DNA of 64,000 nt from NCBI GenBank assembly GCA_038153405.1, contig JAYOYH010000005.1, positions 72,176 to 136,175 of the forward strand. The letters are read 5' to 3'. This document shows positions 49,601 to 57,505 of this stretch, one piece after another. The position numbers were made by a program, and so were the translations under genes. The stretch's first letter is position 1; every line of letters starts with the position of its first letter. Source of the DNA: Gemmatimonadota bacterium. GTDB taxonomy: Bacteria; Latescibacterota; UBA2968; UBA8231. The notes under the pieces were generated by a model. It searched no databases. It was not told the DNA's origin and saw only the letters and a program-made list of their open reading frames with translations.

Positions 49601-49979
49601 CGCGCCATTCACCCCGCCCGGCATATATCATCGGCGCGCGCAGGCCTGCACTAGGCAAGGTCGGCGTGCGCGCGCCGTTGGGCCACAGACCCCACAAGCG
49701 CACCGGCGCCTCGCCTCGAACGGCGATCGAAGCACCGAGATCTAAGGGAACGACGACGGAAAACGAATCGCGCTGCACCTCGGCCGCGCCGCTGGCGCGC
49801 AAACGCGCTTCGACATAGTCAGCCGCTTCCCCATAGCCCGGATAGCCGACCACGCGCGACTCGACGGCGGCCAACCTTTCGACAACTGCGCGGATGGGCT
49901 CTTCTGCATCGACTAGCGCAAAGAACGACAGGAGCAGGGCACATGTAATGCGTATGCTATGCACGGGGTTCTTCGGCAA
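43611..49979 (-). CDS. 2122 aa fusion: degenerate M28 peptidase/PA domain + FtsX/MacB-like permease + DUF6785/DUF6784 membrane domain
   Basis: SRVVGYPG..AADYV, NIWARFPG, SSYYD, APGA (M28-like); SNMRRRRLRTGLTL and AVYERFREIGIYSSVG (FtsX-like); YYYATPENKW and WWPLHPLGF..LKPFFLGLILGE (DUF6785/6784-like). Confidence 0.8.
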   Translation of the reverse strand: MPKNPVHSIRITCALLLSFFALVDAEEPIRAVVERLAAVESRVVGYPGYGEAADYVEARLRASGAAEVQRDSFSVVVPLDLGASIAVRGEAPVRLWGLWPNGARTPTLPSAGLRAPMIYAGRGEWRDFNGRPVEGRVVLLDFTSGANWLNAALLGARAVVFIAPTSTSLREIEEKVADVPLDVPRFWVDPHEGDALRRRAADGEVSVELFSRMEWQRKTAWNIWARFPGSDAQRREETLLVSSYYDANSLVPARAPGAEAAVGIGALLELADRLGREEVPRSVIVLASGAHFQDRQGIGAFLQRYMRRHPHYRAQQRDALDIDLFIGLDLSSQSGELGIWDNASDFAFKRFFAPFGRRFVRYAEQAGTAVVSGREALANGISPIRGMDWSSYVPGGLNTEGQRVMEAGHIALTLATIFDGRQGADSPLDVPERVQYEHAQRQSDLIGALVIQAARDDSLLLEAAALRSRLKDNLRDVRFKMRAFPRRSQVPDRPISGLVTLGGVQQGDVKGVRSMRYLLGDENGVALAQALPIGSYLMAAYAFDGEGAISYAPDLSERAQKFTGKATGKGLIPVGVRWETHDQTVVLFPALGRPLYGLIEPRSLRAVNAVKVLDGRGVEPRQYGYSIGQRAQQVFGVLFGATSMQEEDRLKLLVGDVDQRQLLLNSDGYRSEEEARGRGFLVGDDPLGFTALQAARDMWNLDEARMRSMRSHAIENARIDRLHERVAALIDGAERARDKLDWERYVALSREALGIEARAYPEVLGVLNDVIKGMVFFLVLVVPAAFFGERLLFAASDIRRQLVGFFALLLLVWMAISSVHPAFEIAHPLVVLLAFAIMALATFVLCMLIGRFLRYVDENRRRMAKVHDRDISRLSAAYSAFMLGISNMRRRRLRTGLTLTTLVLLTFTLLSFATFDSGIRFVALNLDRPAAYEGVLLRTRGWDELGEPLAEYARSHFARGSTLTPRLWYTPDSGEDKSYIVVDAGARRARALGLLGLGPNETEVTGFGGVLLAGRFFTSPDEKACILSAEMAAELGLGIEDVGTAQVSVFGRSLRVIGLVDAEKFNALRDLDGEPLTPADFQMSAFQSYNAAREVRVEESDDIEDIKPFVHLDASRVLIASSGVLRDAGGRLRSLALRFDGRVNAQQLVEDFLLRIETALFVGKKSGDGRLETVAYSSFGITSVQGMGALIIPAMIAALIVLNAMMGAVYERFREIGIYSSVGLAPVHISLLFIAEACVYAVLGAALGYLMGQGVGRVLLAADMLGGLTLNYSSTAAISSALAVMLVVLLSTMYPARLAARAAVPDVIRRWEPEPPTDDCWSFRFPFMVGASEVRGVSGFLYSYFRSFSAGAVGHMHADRVRVNEVNGRLCVAFDLWLAPFDLGVSQEVRLEFVETDAKRMYAIDVSLQRLSGERFYWQRLNGRFLNALRKQLLIWHALEDDVRLEHRQQTEELLSAPVDVVESADHTPTLVVEEAPAEGRSPFTWKGLAVGTAGALAIGMGAPYGVMLLKGSFMARNSSSPAAIFLFFLFIFFGNALLGGLRRTLALKRADLVLVYSMLLMAVAVPTQAFVGYLIPVISGLYYYATPENKWAELFFPHVERWLAPSDMEAIRQLHEGSAGGQIPWEAWLEPLGAWYAFFVALSFLMICMSSILHRQWAQNERLAYPMVELPLRMIEGSEGPFQWVLPFFRQRALWVGFAVAFLLPGLSGMHHYWPAWPDWNMSLPGLQLFGANIHLPLDYGFAWIGFFYLVNLDISLSIWVFYVLGKVQESVFKGLGIASTEQLSLYSFSQTADLTHQSMGACLVFVLYSLWIGRHHLAAVWRKAWSGQGDLDDSDELLSYRTAVFGFLGSLAFVAYWLWASGIPLIVLPAFLATSLLFYVFVTRVVAAAGVPTARSPMIAAFVVFSGIGSSIVGAKGLVAMTFTYIWQSEMRLFPMIACANSLKLADSVKGPKGRLFWGMVLAIVVSLVGATWIILDMCYTHGGINLHSFFMRHQAQRTFADMARVIVEPQGPVWRGWLFTGIGGLIEGMLMWGHHRFYWWPLHPLGFVISIGWLTGQVWFSVFVAWLSKLVITRLGGALLYERLKPFFLGLILGEAVAGGFWLVIDYAFDGSGNPITIM

Positions 49980-49985
49980 GAGCTA

Positions 49986-52397
49986 TTACCTCAATATCAA
50001 CAACTTCTTGGTCGCTATCCCCGCGCCAGTACTCAGCCTGTATAAGTACACGCCGCTGGCCAGTGGGCGCCCTACCGCACTGCGTCCATCCCAAGCAACG
50101 GTATGGCTGCCGGCCTGCTGCCACCCCGATTGCAGTTGGGCCACGCGCTGGCCCAGCAGGTCGTATATGCTCAGCTCAACCGGACCGGCGGTGGCCGTGC
50201 CGTAGCGAATAACCGTCTCGCTGTTAAATGGGTTGGGGAAGTTCTGCGCCAAATACAATACGGCAGGCAGTCCATCGACCATGCGCACGGCCGTTTCGAC
50301 CGGCAGCGGCGTAGCCGTAGTCAACCGCAGTTCGTCTATGTAGAAGCGCCCCTCCAGGCTGCCCTGCAGCAATATGCGCTCAATCGGGCCCGTCAGGCCA
50401 AGCGACGCAATGGGCAGGGCGACATCCTGCCACTCGGCACGGGTCAGATCAATGCCCCCCTCGTCTAACAAGTTTACGTTGCGACCGGGTTTGACGAGTA
50501 GATTGAGCCGCGCACCGCGCGTTTGGCCCGCGTCGCCGGGATGGAATGCAAAACGCACATGCGTGTACCCCAGTGTCTCAATCGCACGCTCGGGCGTCAG
50601 GGCGAGATTCCACCCTGCGAACGCAACATCTCGCGCCTGGAAGGCGGCTGCGGAGCCGCGATATTCACCGGCAGCCATAGACGCTCCTTCCCAGCGGATC
50701 ACGCCGTCTTGCTCCACCTGCCAATTGGGCATCACGTCGTCTCTGACAATAAACAGATCGCGTCCGGGCAGCACGCGCAGCATTTTCCGCAGGCGCATCT
50801 CCAACCGCTCGCCCTCGACGTCCTGTATCAGCAGCACCTCTACGACGCGCTCTCCGGTGACATCGCCTATATCTAGCCCGCGGCGCAGGCGAAATACGCC
50901 GGCTTCCACCTGTTCGAGCGGCCAGTCGGCCGGGCCGCCAAAGGCGCGCAAATCCGCTACCGCGCGCACCGGCACGCCTTCGACCTGGGCTTCTATGCGA
51001 ATGGTCGCGTCGATATCCAACCGGCCACCCGATAGCACGTCCGACGGCAGCGTCCCCTCCCACGCACCCCGCAGGCGCGCCAGCTCAATGCGCAGCACAA
51101 AGTGGTTTACCCAGTCGCTGCTGACGTAGAGATGGCCGCGCGCGTCTGTAGCTAGGCCAACCGGTTTGCCCCACACGCTATTCAGACTATTGGGATCAGA
51201 CTGAAATCCCGTTAAAAAATCCCCAAACCGCGCATTGCTGCCATCCGCCTGAGCGAGCAACGCCATGACGCGAAAGCCCGGAACCGAGGCGTTAGCCCCC
51301 CCGCGAAAGGCGACAAAACCCGCCGAGCGAAGCGGCTCGGGGAACGCCTCCCCGCGATAAAAGTGGATTCCCATCGGCGCCAGGCGCGCCCCCGCCTGCG
51401 CGACGGGACGCGGGACAGTCTCGACGAGGGCGCTGTCTCGTGCGGTGAGGGGAAAGAGAGCGTTGCGATAGGACGCCTGCCCTGCAAAGTCGACCCAGGT
51501 GCGAAAGCCATGGGCAAGCGGCCAGCCGTAAAAACCGCCGTTGCGAATAATGTCGATGCGCTCGGGCGGAGAGGAGCGATCGTGGCCGTTGAACGTCGCC
51601 CACAGTTGGCCCGTCTGCGGATGGATATCCAACCCCACCGCATTGCGCAGTCCAGTGGCAAAAATGCGCCCGCCGCTGCCATCCATATTGAACTCCATGA
51701 TCGTCGCACGACGCGGGTCCGTCTCTCGGCACAAATCGCAGCTCGAGCCAATTGACAGGAAGAATTTCTCGCGCGCCGAGTCGATCTGAATGGTCCGCGT
51801 GCGGTGATGGCCTATGGGCAGATCCGGCACGATGACCTGGCGCTCTTCGTAGACCCCATCGCCGTCGGCGTCGCGCAGGCGCACGACCTCGTGCATATCG
51901 GCCACGTAAAGCCACTCGCCGTAAAATTGAATGCTGTTGGGAAACCAGAGCGCATCAGCAACTACGCGCAGCGCATCGGCCACGCCATCGCCGTCGAGGT
52001 CGGGCATGGCCACGACCTGCGCTAGCCGATCCTCCACTGGAGGAGGTTGGTCGGCATTGAAAGAGGGCGCAAACTGCGATCCCCCTACTTTCATATTGGC
52101 CACGTGCAGGACGCCGTCCGGACTCCACGCCATAAAGCGCGGACCGAAGAGCGGCTCTCCCGCGGCAAAGACCTTTACCACAAAGCCCGGCGGCAGGAAG
52201 AGCTGCCGTCCGAGCAGATTGGCCTCGGCATAGCGCTCAGGCACCTGCAGTGGGACGGGCTGTAGTCCGAGATCTTGACGCGGCGTGACAAAGATTTCGC
52301 CGGGCTGAGGATTGGCTATTTCGGGGAATTGTGCCCACACCGAACCAGCCCATATTAACGACAAACACAGGCTTATAAGCACAGTGTGAACCAGCAT
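49986..52397 (-). CDS. PQQ-dependent glucose/sorbosone dehydrogenase-family protein with T9SS type-A-like C-terminal domain
   Basis: Signal VWA-Q; LPPGF.VKVFA, HRTRTI, SIGSSCDLC, ATGLRNAVG, GFYGWP, GKPVGLA; tail TAV..LAQNFPNPFNSET..YDLLGQ..WDG..SGVYLYRL..KKLLILR. Confidence 0.88.
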   Translation of the reverse strand: MLVHTVLISLCLSLIWAGSVWAQFPEIANPQPGEIFVTPRQDLGLQPVPLQVPERYAEANLLGRQLFLPPGFVVKVFAAGEPLFGPRFMAWSPDGVLHVANMKVGGSQFAPSFNADQPPPVEDRLAQVVAMPDLDGDGVADALRVVADALWFPNSIQFYGEWLYVADMHEVVRLRDADGDGVYEERQVIVPDLPIGHHRTRTIQIDSAREKFFLSIGSSCDLCRETDPRRATIMEFNMDGSGGRIFATGLRNAVGLDIHPQTGQLWATFNGHDRSSPPERIDIIRNGGFYGWPLAHGFRTWVDFAGQASYRNALFPLTARDSALVETVPRPVAQAGARLAPMGIHFYRGEAFPEPLRSAGFVAFRGGANASVPGFRVMALLAQADGSNARFGDFLTGFQSDPNSLNSVWGKPVGLATDARGHLYVSSDWVNHFVLRIELARLRGAWEGTLPSDVLSGGRLDIDATIRIEAQVEGVPVRAVADLRAFGGPADWPLEQVEAGVFRLRRGLDIGDVTGERVVEVLLIQDVEGERLEMRLRKMLRVLPGRDLFIVRDDVMPNWQVEQDGVIRWEGASMAAGEYRGSAAAFQARDVAFAGWNLALTPERAIETLGYTHVRFAFHPGDAGQTRGARLNLLVKPGRNVNLLDEGGIDLTRAEWQDVALPIASLGLTGPIERILLQGSLEGRFYIDELRLTTATPLPVETAVRMVDGLPAVLYLAQNFPNPFNSETVIRYGTATAGPVELSIYDLLGQRVAQLQSGWQQAGSHTVAWDGRSAVGRPLASGVYLYRLSTGAGIATKKLLILR

Positions 52398-52466
52398 AGA
52401 AAACCCTTTCGACTTGAAAGGTCGATAGACTAGAGCACAGCTCCCGTCCAATGCCCTTCCTCCACG

Positions 52467-52502
52467 AACAAAGATGCCCTGCGCTCTGGGCACAGGGCAT
52501 CT
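52467..52502 (-). terminator. Intrinsic terminator after the PhyH gene
   Basis: AGATGCCCTG...CAGGGCATCT inverted repeat (52472-52502) followed by TTGTT on the minus strand, 23 nt after the stop. Confidence 0.7.
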
Positions 52503-52525
52503 GCTATCTACTTTACTCTGCAAAC

Positions 52526-53395
52526 CTAGGCCGACAAATGCGCCGGCACACCCACCGGCACGCCGTCGCGACATACGCTGGGGAAGTGCGCCCCAGCCTC
52601 TGCCATTGGCGCCCCGTCTGGCAGGTTGACAAACTGCTTCATTAGATGATCGCCTCCCGCATCGTAGCGCGCAGCGCCCGTCATATAGTGAATGGCAATG
52701 GCGCGGCGCGGGCGACCGGAGCGGTTAAACGGCGAGCCGTGCCAGGTCAGCGAGTGGTGAAAGGACACCTCGCCGCGCTTGACCGGCCACGGCACGGCTT
52801 CAACCTGGGTGATCTCGGCATCGTCTGGCGGGGAAAAGACGGCCAGGTTTTTAAAATCCTCACGCTGCTTTAGCTCGCCCTGGGTGCGGAGAAAGTCGAT
52901 CTGGTTGCCCCATTTGTGACTGCCGGGCACCATCCACATACAGCCATTTTCCTCGTCGGCATCGTCGAGGGGAATCCACGCCGAAACCGGCGTCATCGGT
53001 TTGATGATCGGCCACAGCGGCGCATCCTGATGCCAAGTCGTCGCACCGCCGTACTGGGCCGGCTTATACTGGATCTGGTCGTGCCACACCATCAGGTCTT
53101 TATGCCCCGTCAACTGGCTAATTCCGCTGACGACCTCCGGATGGTAGATCAACCGCTCAAAGGCATCGGTCGCTTCCCATATGTTGACGATCTGCCAAAC
53201 GGGCTGTTCGAGGTTGCCGCTCAGGCTTCGAAACGAAACCGGCTGGCGCTCCCCTTCGACAAACCCATCCGGCCCCTTGTCCAACACGCCGTCCAGCGCG
53301 GCCGTCAGCCCCGTCAGTTCGGCATCGCTAATAATCTTCCCGCCGTTTAAAAAACCATTGCGTTCGAATTCGTCCACTTGCACTTGCGTTAACAT
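52526..53395 (-). CDS. Phytanoyl-CoA dioxygenase (PhyH) family Fe(II)/2OG oxygenase
   Basis: FERNGFL, WHQD, SAWIPLDDADEENGCMWMVPGSH, HHSLTWHGS.FN.S..PRRA. Confidence 0.92.
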   Translation of the reverse strand: MLTQVQVDEFERNGFLNGGKIISDAELTGLTAALDGVLDKGPDGFVEGERQPVSFRSLSGNLEQPVWQIVNIWEATDAFERLIYHPEVVSGISQLTGHKDLMVWHDQIQYKPAQYGGATTWHQDAPLWPIIKPMTPVSAWIPLDDADEENGCMWMVPGSHKWGNQIDFLRTQGELKQREDFKNLAVFSPPDDAEITQVEAVPWPVKRGEVSFHHSLTWHGSPFNRSGRPRRAIAIHYMTGAARYDAGGDHLMKQFVNLPDGAPMAEAGAHFPSVCRDGVPVGVPAHLSA

Positions 53396-53434
53396 GGCAC
53401 TCTCCAATAGGGTTGTCTGTCCGATCTTATCACA

Positions 53435-55921
53435 CTAGCTCATTCTGCGGACCAGCTCGCGCTTGGCCTCGCTAAAGAGTCCAATTAGGCGCTGGCGCAC
53501 CCCCTCGTCGCGAAATACCCCAATCGTCTCCGCCCAGGCGATGCCGCCTTCCATATGGGTCATCAAATAGTTGCCCTCCACCTCGACAAAGGCACAGCGC
53601 CTGCCGACGTCGATATAGACCGGCGACGAATGCGCCATGACCGGACCGGCATCCGTGTGGTGCGGACCCCAGCAGCGCGCCACCACCCAGCACGACAGTT
53701 CGGTCTTGACCTTGTGCTTGAGCCGCAGTTTGGTAGCCCCGTGCTCGCTCTCCTCGCGCGCGACCTGCTCGCCGTTAACGACGATCTCCACGCCCGTCAG
53801 TGGAAAGACGCTCTCGGCTACGACCTCGACTTCCACCGTGCCGCCGTTGCCTTTAAGGCGAATTTCGCTGCCCATCGGCTGACCCTCGACCTGCAGATCG
53901 ATCACCGCCCCGGTGCTGGCAAAGGTCGAGCCGCGCTTGACGGCCTGACACCAGGCATCGAAGGTAAACTCCTCGCCCTCGCGCAGCTGCGCATAGGTGC
54001 GCGATCCGCCCAAGATGCGTCCGTTCGACATCTTGTCGGTGCCGCCGACGATGGGCAATTTCTGCCCGACGTTGAGCCAGCGATAGTAGCCGCGCTCGGC
54101 CGAACTAATCTTCTCGCCTTCCCACAGCCAGCACATCTCGCCGGCATCGGCGTGTCCCATGACGATATTGGCCGCATTCTCAAAGTCGGGCAGCGGCATA
54201 TGCGGCATAATCACCAAGCCGCCCTGCTTTTTACAGGCCTCGGCCCAGTCGGCCATCAGCGCCCCCACTTCGCCGCCGATCCAATCTTCGTTCGCCCCGC
54301 CCGTGCAGATGGGCGCGACCATATCCTTGAGACCGAGCAAGCTAATATGGCCGAGGACGTGCTGGCGGTTTTCCTGACTCACCCAAATCTTGTAGTCCTC
54401 GCTCGAAGTAGGTGCCAATCCACCGGTAAACTCTTCCCAAGAGGTAAAGAGTCGTCCCCACTGGCTGGCCAGTAGGTGGGTGACGTTGAGATCTTCGGCC
54501 GCCGCTTCGAGATGGGCCGACTGCGACGATAAGAAGTGCACGTGCGTATCGCCGGAATACCAGCCGCGCTCTTTCATATCGAAGGCGCGCTTTATCTTTA
54601 GCGTTAGATCGCGCTGGCCCGGCTTGATTTCGACGAGCCTGCGCACCGGCTCGTATTCAAAGCCGCGTACGACCTCGACGTAGACCGATCCGACCGGCAT
54701 GTCGACTTGGCACGTGCCGTCGATGTAGGCATAGGGCACGCCGTTGACCTTGCAATCGCCGCCCATGTCTTCAAACCAGGCGATATTGACGTCTGTCTGA
54801 TGGCCGTGCGGAGCGACATAGGCGCCGCTTTGCGTACGGAAGTGCACCCGCGAACCAACGGCTTGGCCGGTATCTTCGTCTTCGACGCGCACGTGCAGCC
54901 ACTGCTTGCCCTCGGGCGAGACCATCTCGATGCGCACGCGGCCCTGTTCAATCTCTTTTTGCTCGAGGACGTCGCCCCAGCGCACGGTCTCCTCGCCCTC
55001 TTCTGCGGTCTTGATCTTTAGCTGCCCTTCGCGCGATCCGTGAATTTCTACGTAACCGCCCTTTTTGACCTGTTGGCCGCCGCGGCCCCAGCCCCTTTCC
55101 GGGCTGCTGAGGAAATCGTCGCCCGGGGCAAATAGATCGTCCTGGTGCACGACGATGCCGCGCTCCATCTCCACCTGCGGCGGCTGTCCACCTTCGACTT
55201 CTACGGCAATTTCCCGGCGCGCTTCCCACAGAAAGGGATCGCCGTCTTCCGCGCAGAGCGTAATGCCAGCCAAGGCCAGCGGCGTCGTTCCGGCGGCGAC
55301 CACTTCGACCGCTTGAATGGTCTTTTCGGGATGGGGATTTTTCCAATCGTAGAGCCACCAGCCCTGCATGTCGTGTCCGTCGGGGGTGTAGGTGCCGACC
55401 TGCACCATGCCATACGACATGCTGCGATCGGAAAGCGGCACGGAGCGAAATTCGCGGCAGTTGCGACACAGAAAGGGATGATGTCCCCAGGGCACGTTGA
55501 TGTCGTGTATTTCAAAGCGGCGGCGCAGCGCCTGCTCGACGCGGCTACCGTCGGCATAGACCACTCGGTACGTCCCGATGCGCTCGCCCGTGCCCTCCAC
55601 GGTGGCCTGTGCCCCCTTGATAGGCGCACAGGCGTGGGCAAAGAGCAGTCGGCGCGCCGTTGCCCCCACGGGAAGGACCACGGACGCCGGCACGCCTTTG
55701 GCTCCATCGGCCACCTGTATGGCCACGTGCGCACCGTCTTCGGCCGCCAGCGCAAAGGGGATCCCCCAAAACGAGCGCACGCCCTTGAGCATGCCCTTGA
55801 GCGGCGTGTCATTGGATCGCGTCGCAGGCGCCGGCCATAGCCATTCGCGCTCTTCCGACGCACTGTTTTCCCCGCCCGTATTGTAGTGCGCACTCAAATC
55901 AACCGATGTGAAATCCGCCAT
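53435..55921 (-). CDS. CehA/McbA-family PHP-like metallohydrolase with N-terminal beta-sandwich domain
   Basis: RGFEY, GWYSGDTHVH, QENR..GH, IMPH, GGTD, SRTYA, GSTFASTG, AHSSPVY; SD AGGAGA. Confidence 0.85.
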   Translation of the reverse strand: MADFTSVDLSAHYNTGGENSASEEREWLWPAPATRSNDTPLKGMLKGVRSFWGIPFALAAEDGAHVAIQVADGAKGVPASVVLPVGATARRLLFAHACAPIKGAQATVEGTGERIGTYRVVYADGSRVEQALRRRFEIHDINVPWGHHPFLCRNCREFRSVPLSDRSMSYGMVQVGTYTPDGHDMQGWWLYDWKNPHPEKTIQAVEVVAAGTTPLALAGITLCAEDGDPFLWEARREIAVEVEGGQPPQVEMERGIVVHQDDLFAPGDDFLSSPERGWGRGGQQVKKGGYVEIHGSREGQLKIKTAEEGEETVRWGDVLEQKEIEQGRVRIEMVSPEGKQWLHVRVEDEDTGQAVGSRVHFRTQSGAYVAPHGHQTDVNIAWFEDMGGDCKVNGVPYAYIDGTCQVDMPVGSVYVEVVRGFEYEPVRRLVEIKPGQRDLTLKIKRAFDMKERGWYSGDTHVHFLSSQSAHLEAAAEDLNVTHLLASQWGRLFTSWEEFTGGLAPTSSEDYKIWVSQENRQHVLGHISLLGLKDMVAPICTGGANEDWIGGEVGALMADWAEACKKQGGLVIMPHMPLPDFENAANIVMGHADAGEMCWLWEGEKISSAERGYYRWLNVGQKLPIVGGTDKMSNGRILGGSRTYAQLREGEEFTFDAWCQAVKRGSTFASTGAVIDLQVEGQPMGSEIRLKGNGGTVEVEVVAESVFPLTGVEIVVNGEQVAREESEHGATKLRLKHKVKTELSCWVVARCWGPHHTDAGPVMAHSSPVYIDVGRRCAFVEVEGNYLMTHMEGGIAWAETIGVFRDEGVRQRLIGLFSEAKRELVRRMS

Positions 55922-55955
55922 TGTATGTTCTCCTGTCCAAGGTGGGGCAGCAGTC

Positions 55956-55984
55956 AATATACCGCCGCTCTATTCGCCTATCAA
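55956..55984 (-). promoter_or_regulatory. sigma70-like promoter TTGATA-N17-TATATT
   Basis: -35 at 55984-55979 and -10 at 55961-55956, upstream of the CehA-like gene. Confidence 0.6.
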
Positions 55985-55990
55985 GCAGAT

Positions 55991-57412
55991 CTACAGATGG
56001 TAATTATCGCCCGGTCGGCGGCGGTAGGTCTGGGCGATCTCCGCGTCGACATCGGCCCCTTTTATCAGATCCAACAGCGCCTCGTGCAATCGCTGCGCGT
56101 GTTCGGGATGCACCGCCAACACATTGCGTTCCTGACCCGGGTCGTCCGGCATGTAAAATAGCTCATCGACGCGGCGCTCCGGATAGCCGATCGTGCGGTG
56201 GCGCTCCGTGCGCACCGGCTTGCCGCGATAGGCCAGGTCTTTGTTGGGCCAGTAGACCAGCGTCCATTCGCCGTCGGTCACCGTAGCGGGCACCGTGCCC
56301 CAGTGGTCGTCCAGGTTGCGGCCCGTAATGGCGTAGGAGCGCCGCCCACCCTCGCGGCCCATCAGCGATGCAGCAAACGAATGCCCCTGCAGACCGGCTG
56401 GTGCCGATACCTCACTCAGCTCGCACACGGTTGGAAATAGGTCGACAGGCTGTAGAAGCGCGTCGCTGCGCCCCGGCGTGGCTTGGGGATGCTGCACCAT
56501 GAAGCACAGATGCGTCATGGGCTCGTAGAGCTGGCCTAGATCGCCCCACGGTTTGCCCTGCAGCCCGTGGTCGCCAAAGTAATGACCGTGGTCGGACATC
56601 AGCACGACCATGGTGTTCTCGCGCAGACCAAACAGCTCAATGCTGTCGAGCAGATAGCCTAGCCAGCGATCGACCATTGTCGTCTCAGCCGCGTAGAGTG
56701 CGCGCACGTGCTTGGCCTCGCGCTCGCTCATGATCTCATCGATAAATCCGTAGCACGGATAGATTAGTTCGTCGCCCTCGTAGCCGGGGTCGTAGAGATC
56801 GACATAGTGCTGCGGTGGATCCCACGGTTCGTGCGGATCCCACGAGTCGATCCACAGAAAGAAGTGTTCTCGCGCATAGTTGCGCTCGAGCCAGTGCACC
56901 GCTTTCTGCATGACCTGCGGCCCGAGATAGTCCGTCTCGAAAAGGCGCCGCGACATATTGGCCAGATAGCGCTGCACGCCGGGCTTGACCTTGTCGGGCC
57001 CACCCGGCCACGGCACGTCGATAAAGCCGTCACTGATCCACGGCTCGCCGCCCTGACCGCGAATCCACTCGATCGAGCCGAAGCCGCGGTCGAGGTTGTT
57101 GCCCTCGGTCATAAACATCGGCGTGTCAAAAACCAGCCCCGTGGTGTAGCCAGCGGCGCGCAGGCGCCCGGCCAACGTCGGCAGATCGCGCTCCATGCGA
57201 TTCCAGGTATTAAATGGGTGTCCCCAGCGCCCCGTAAACAAATCGCGGCGACAGGGCAGCGTGGGAAACGAGCCGGCATAGGCCTTTTCAAAGACGACCG
57301 CTTCGCGAGCAAAGCGGTCCATATTCGGCGTGCGCGCCCGCGCTCGCGCACTGGCATAGGCGCCGACGTGATCGGTGCGTAAACTATCGAGCATAATGAC
57401 AATGAGATTCAT
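55991..57412 (-). CDS. Sulfatase-like alkaline phosphatase superfamily hydrolase with a TxPxR motif
   Basis: IMLDSLR.DH, TPNMDRFA, SFPTLPCRRDLFTG, DPHEPWDPP, MSDHG. Confidence 0.88.
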   Translation of the reverse strand: MNLIVIMLDSLRTDHVGAYASARARARTPNMDRFAREAVVFEKAYAGSFPTLPCRRDLFTGRWGHPFNTWNRMERDLPTLAGRLRAAGYTTGLVFDTPMFMTEGNNLDRGFGSIEWIRGQGGEPWISDGFIDVPWPGGPDKVKPGVQRYLANMSRRLFETDYLGPQVMQKAVHWLERNYAREHFFLWIDSWDPHEPWDPPQHYVDLYDPGYEGDELIYPCYGFIDEIMSEREAKHVRALYAAETTMVDRWLGYLLDSIELFGLRENTMVVLMSDHGHYFGDHGLQGKPWGDLGQLYEPMTHLCFMVQHPQATPGRSDALLQPVDLFPTVCELSEVSAPAGLQGHSFAASLMGREGGRRSYAITGRNLDDHWGTVPATVTDGEWTLVYWPNKDLAYRGKPVRTERHRTIGYPERRVDELFYMPDDPGQERNVLAVHPEHAQRLHEALLDLIKGADVDAEIAQTYRRRPGDNYHL

Positions 57413-57468
57413 CGAATTTTCCTTTCGCTAATCGCTTTCGGCATGGGGTGTGCCAGGCTCAGGATACC

Positions 57469-57498
57469 TTGACGAGTCGCCGCCCCCCTGTGTATTCT
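57469..57498 (+). promoter_or_regulatory. sigma70-like promoter TTGACG-N18-TATTCT, 7 nt before the ATG at 57506
   Basis: Hexamers at 57469-57474 and 57493-57498; no SD before the start. Confidence 0.55.
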
Positions 57499-57505
57499 CC
57501 GAGCC

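Noticed and set aside
52404..52422. Hairpin CCTTTC-GACTT-GAAAGG at the dehydrogenase ribosome-binding site as a riboswitch
   Set aside because: It is only a 6 bp stem with no aptamer-like context. It may modestly occlude the SD but cannot be supported further.
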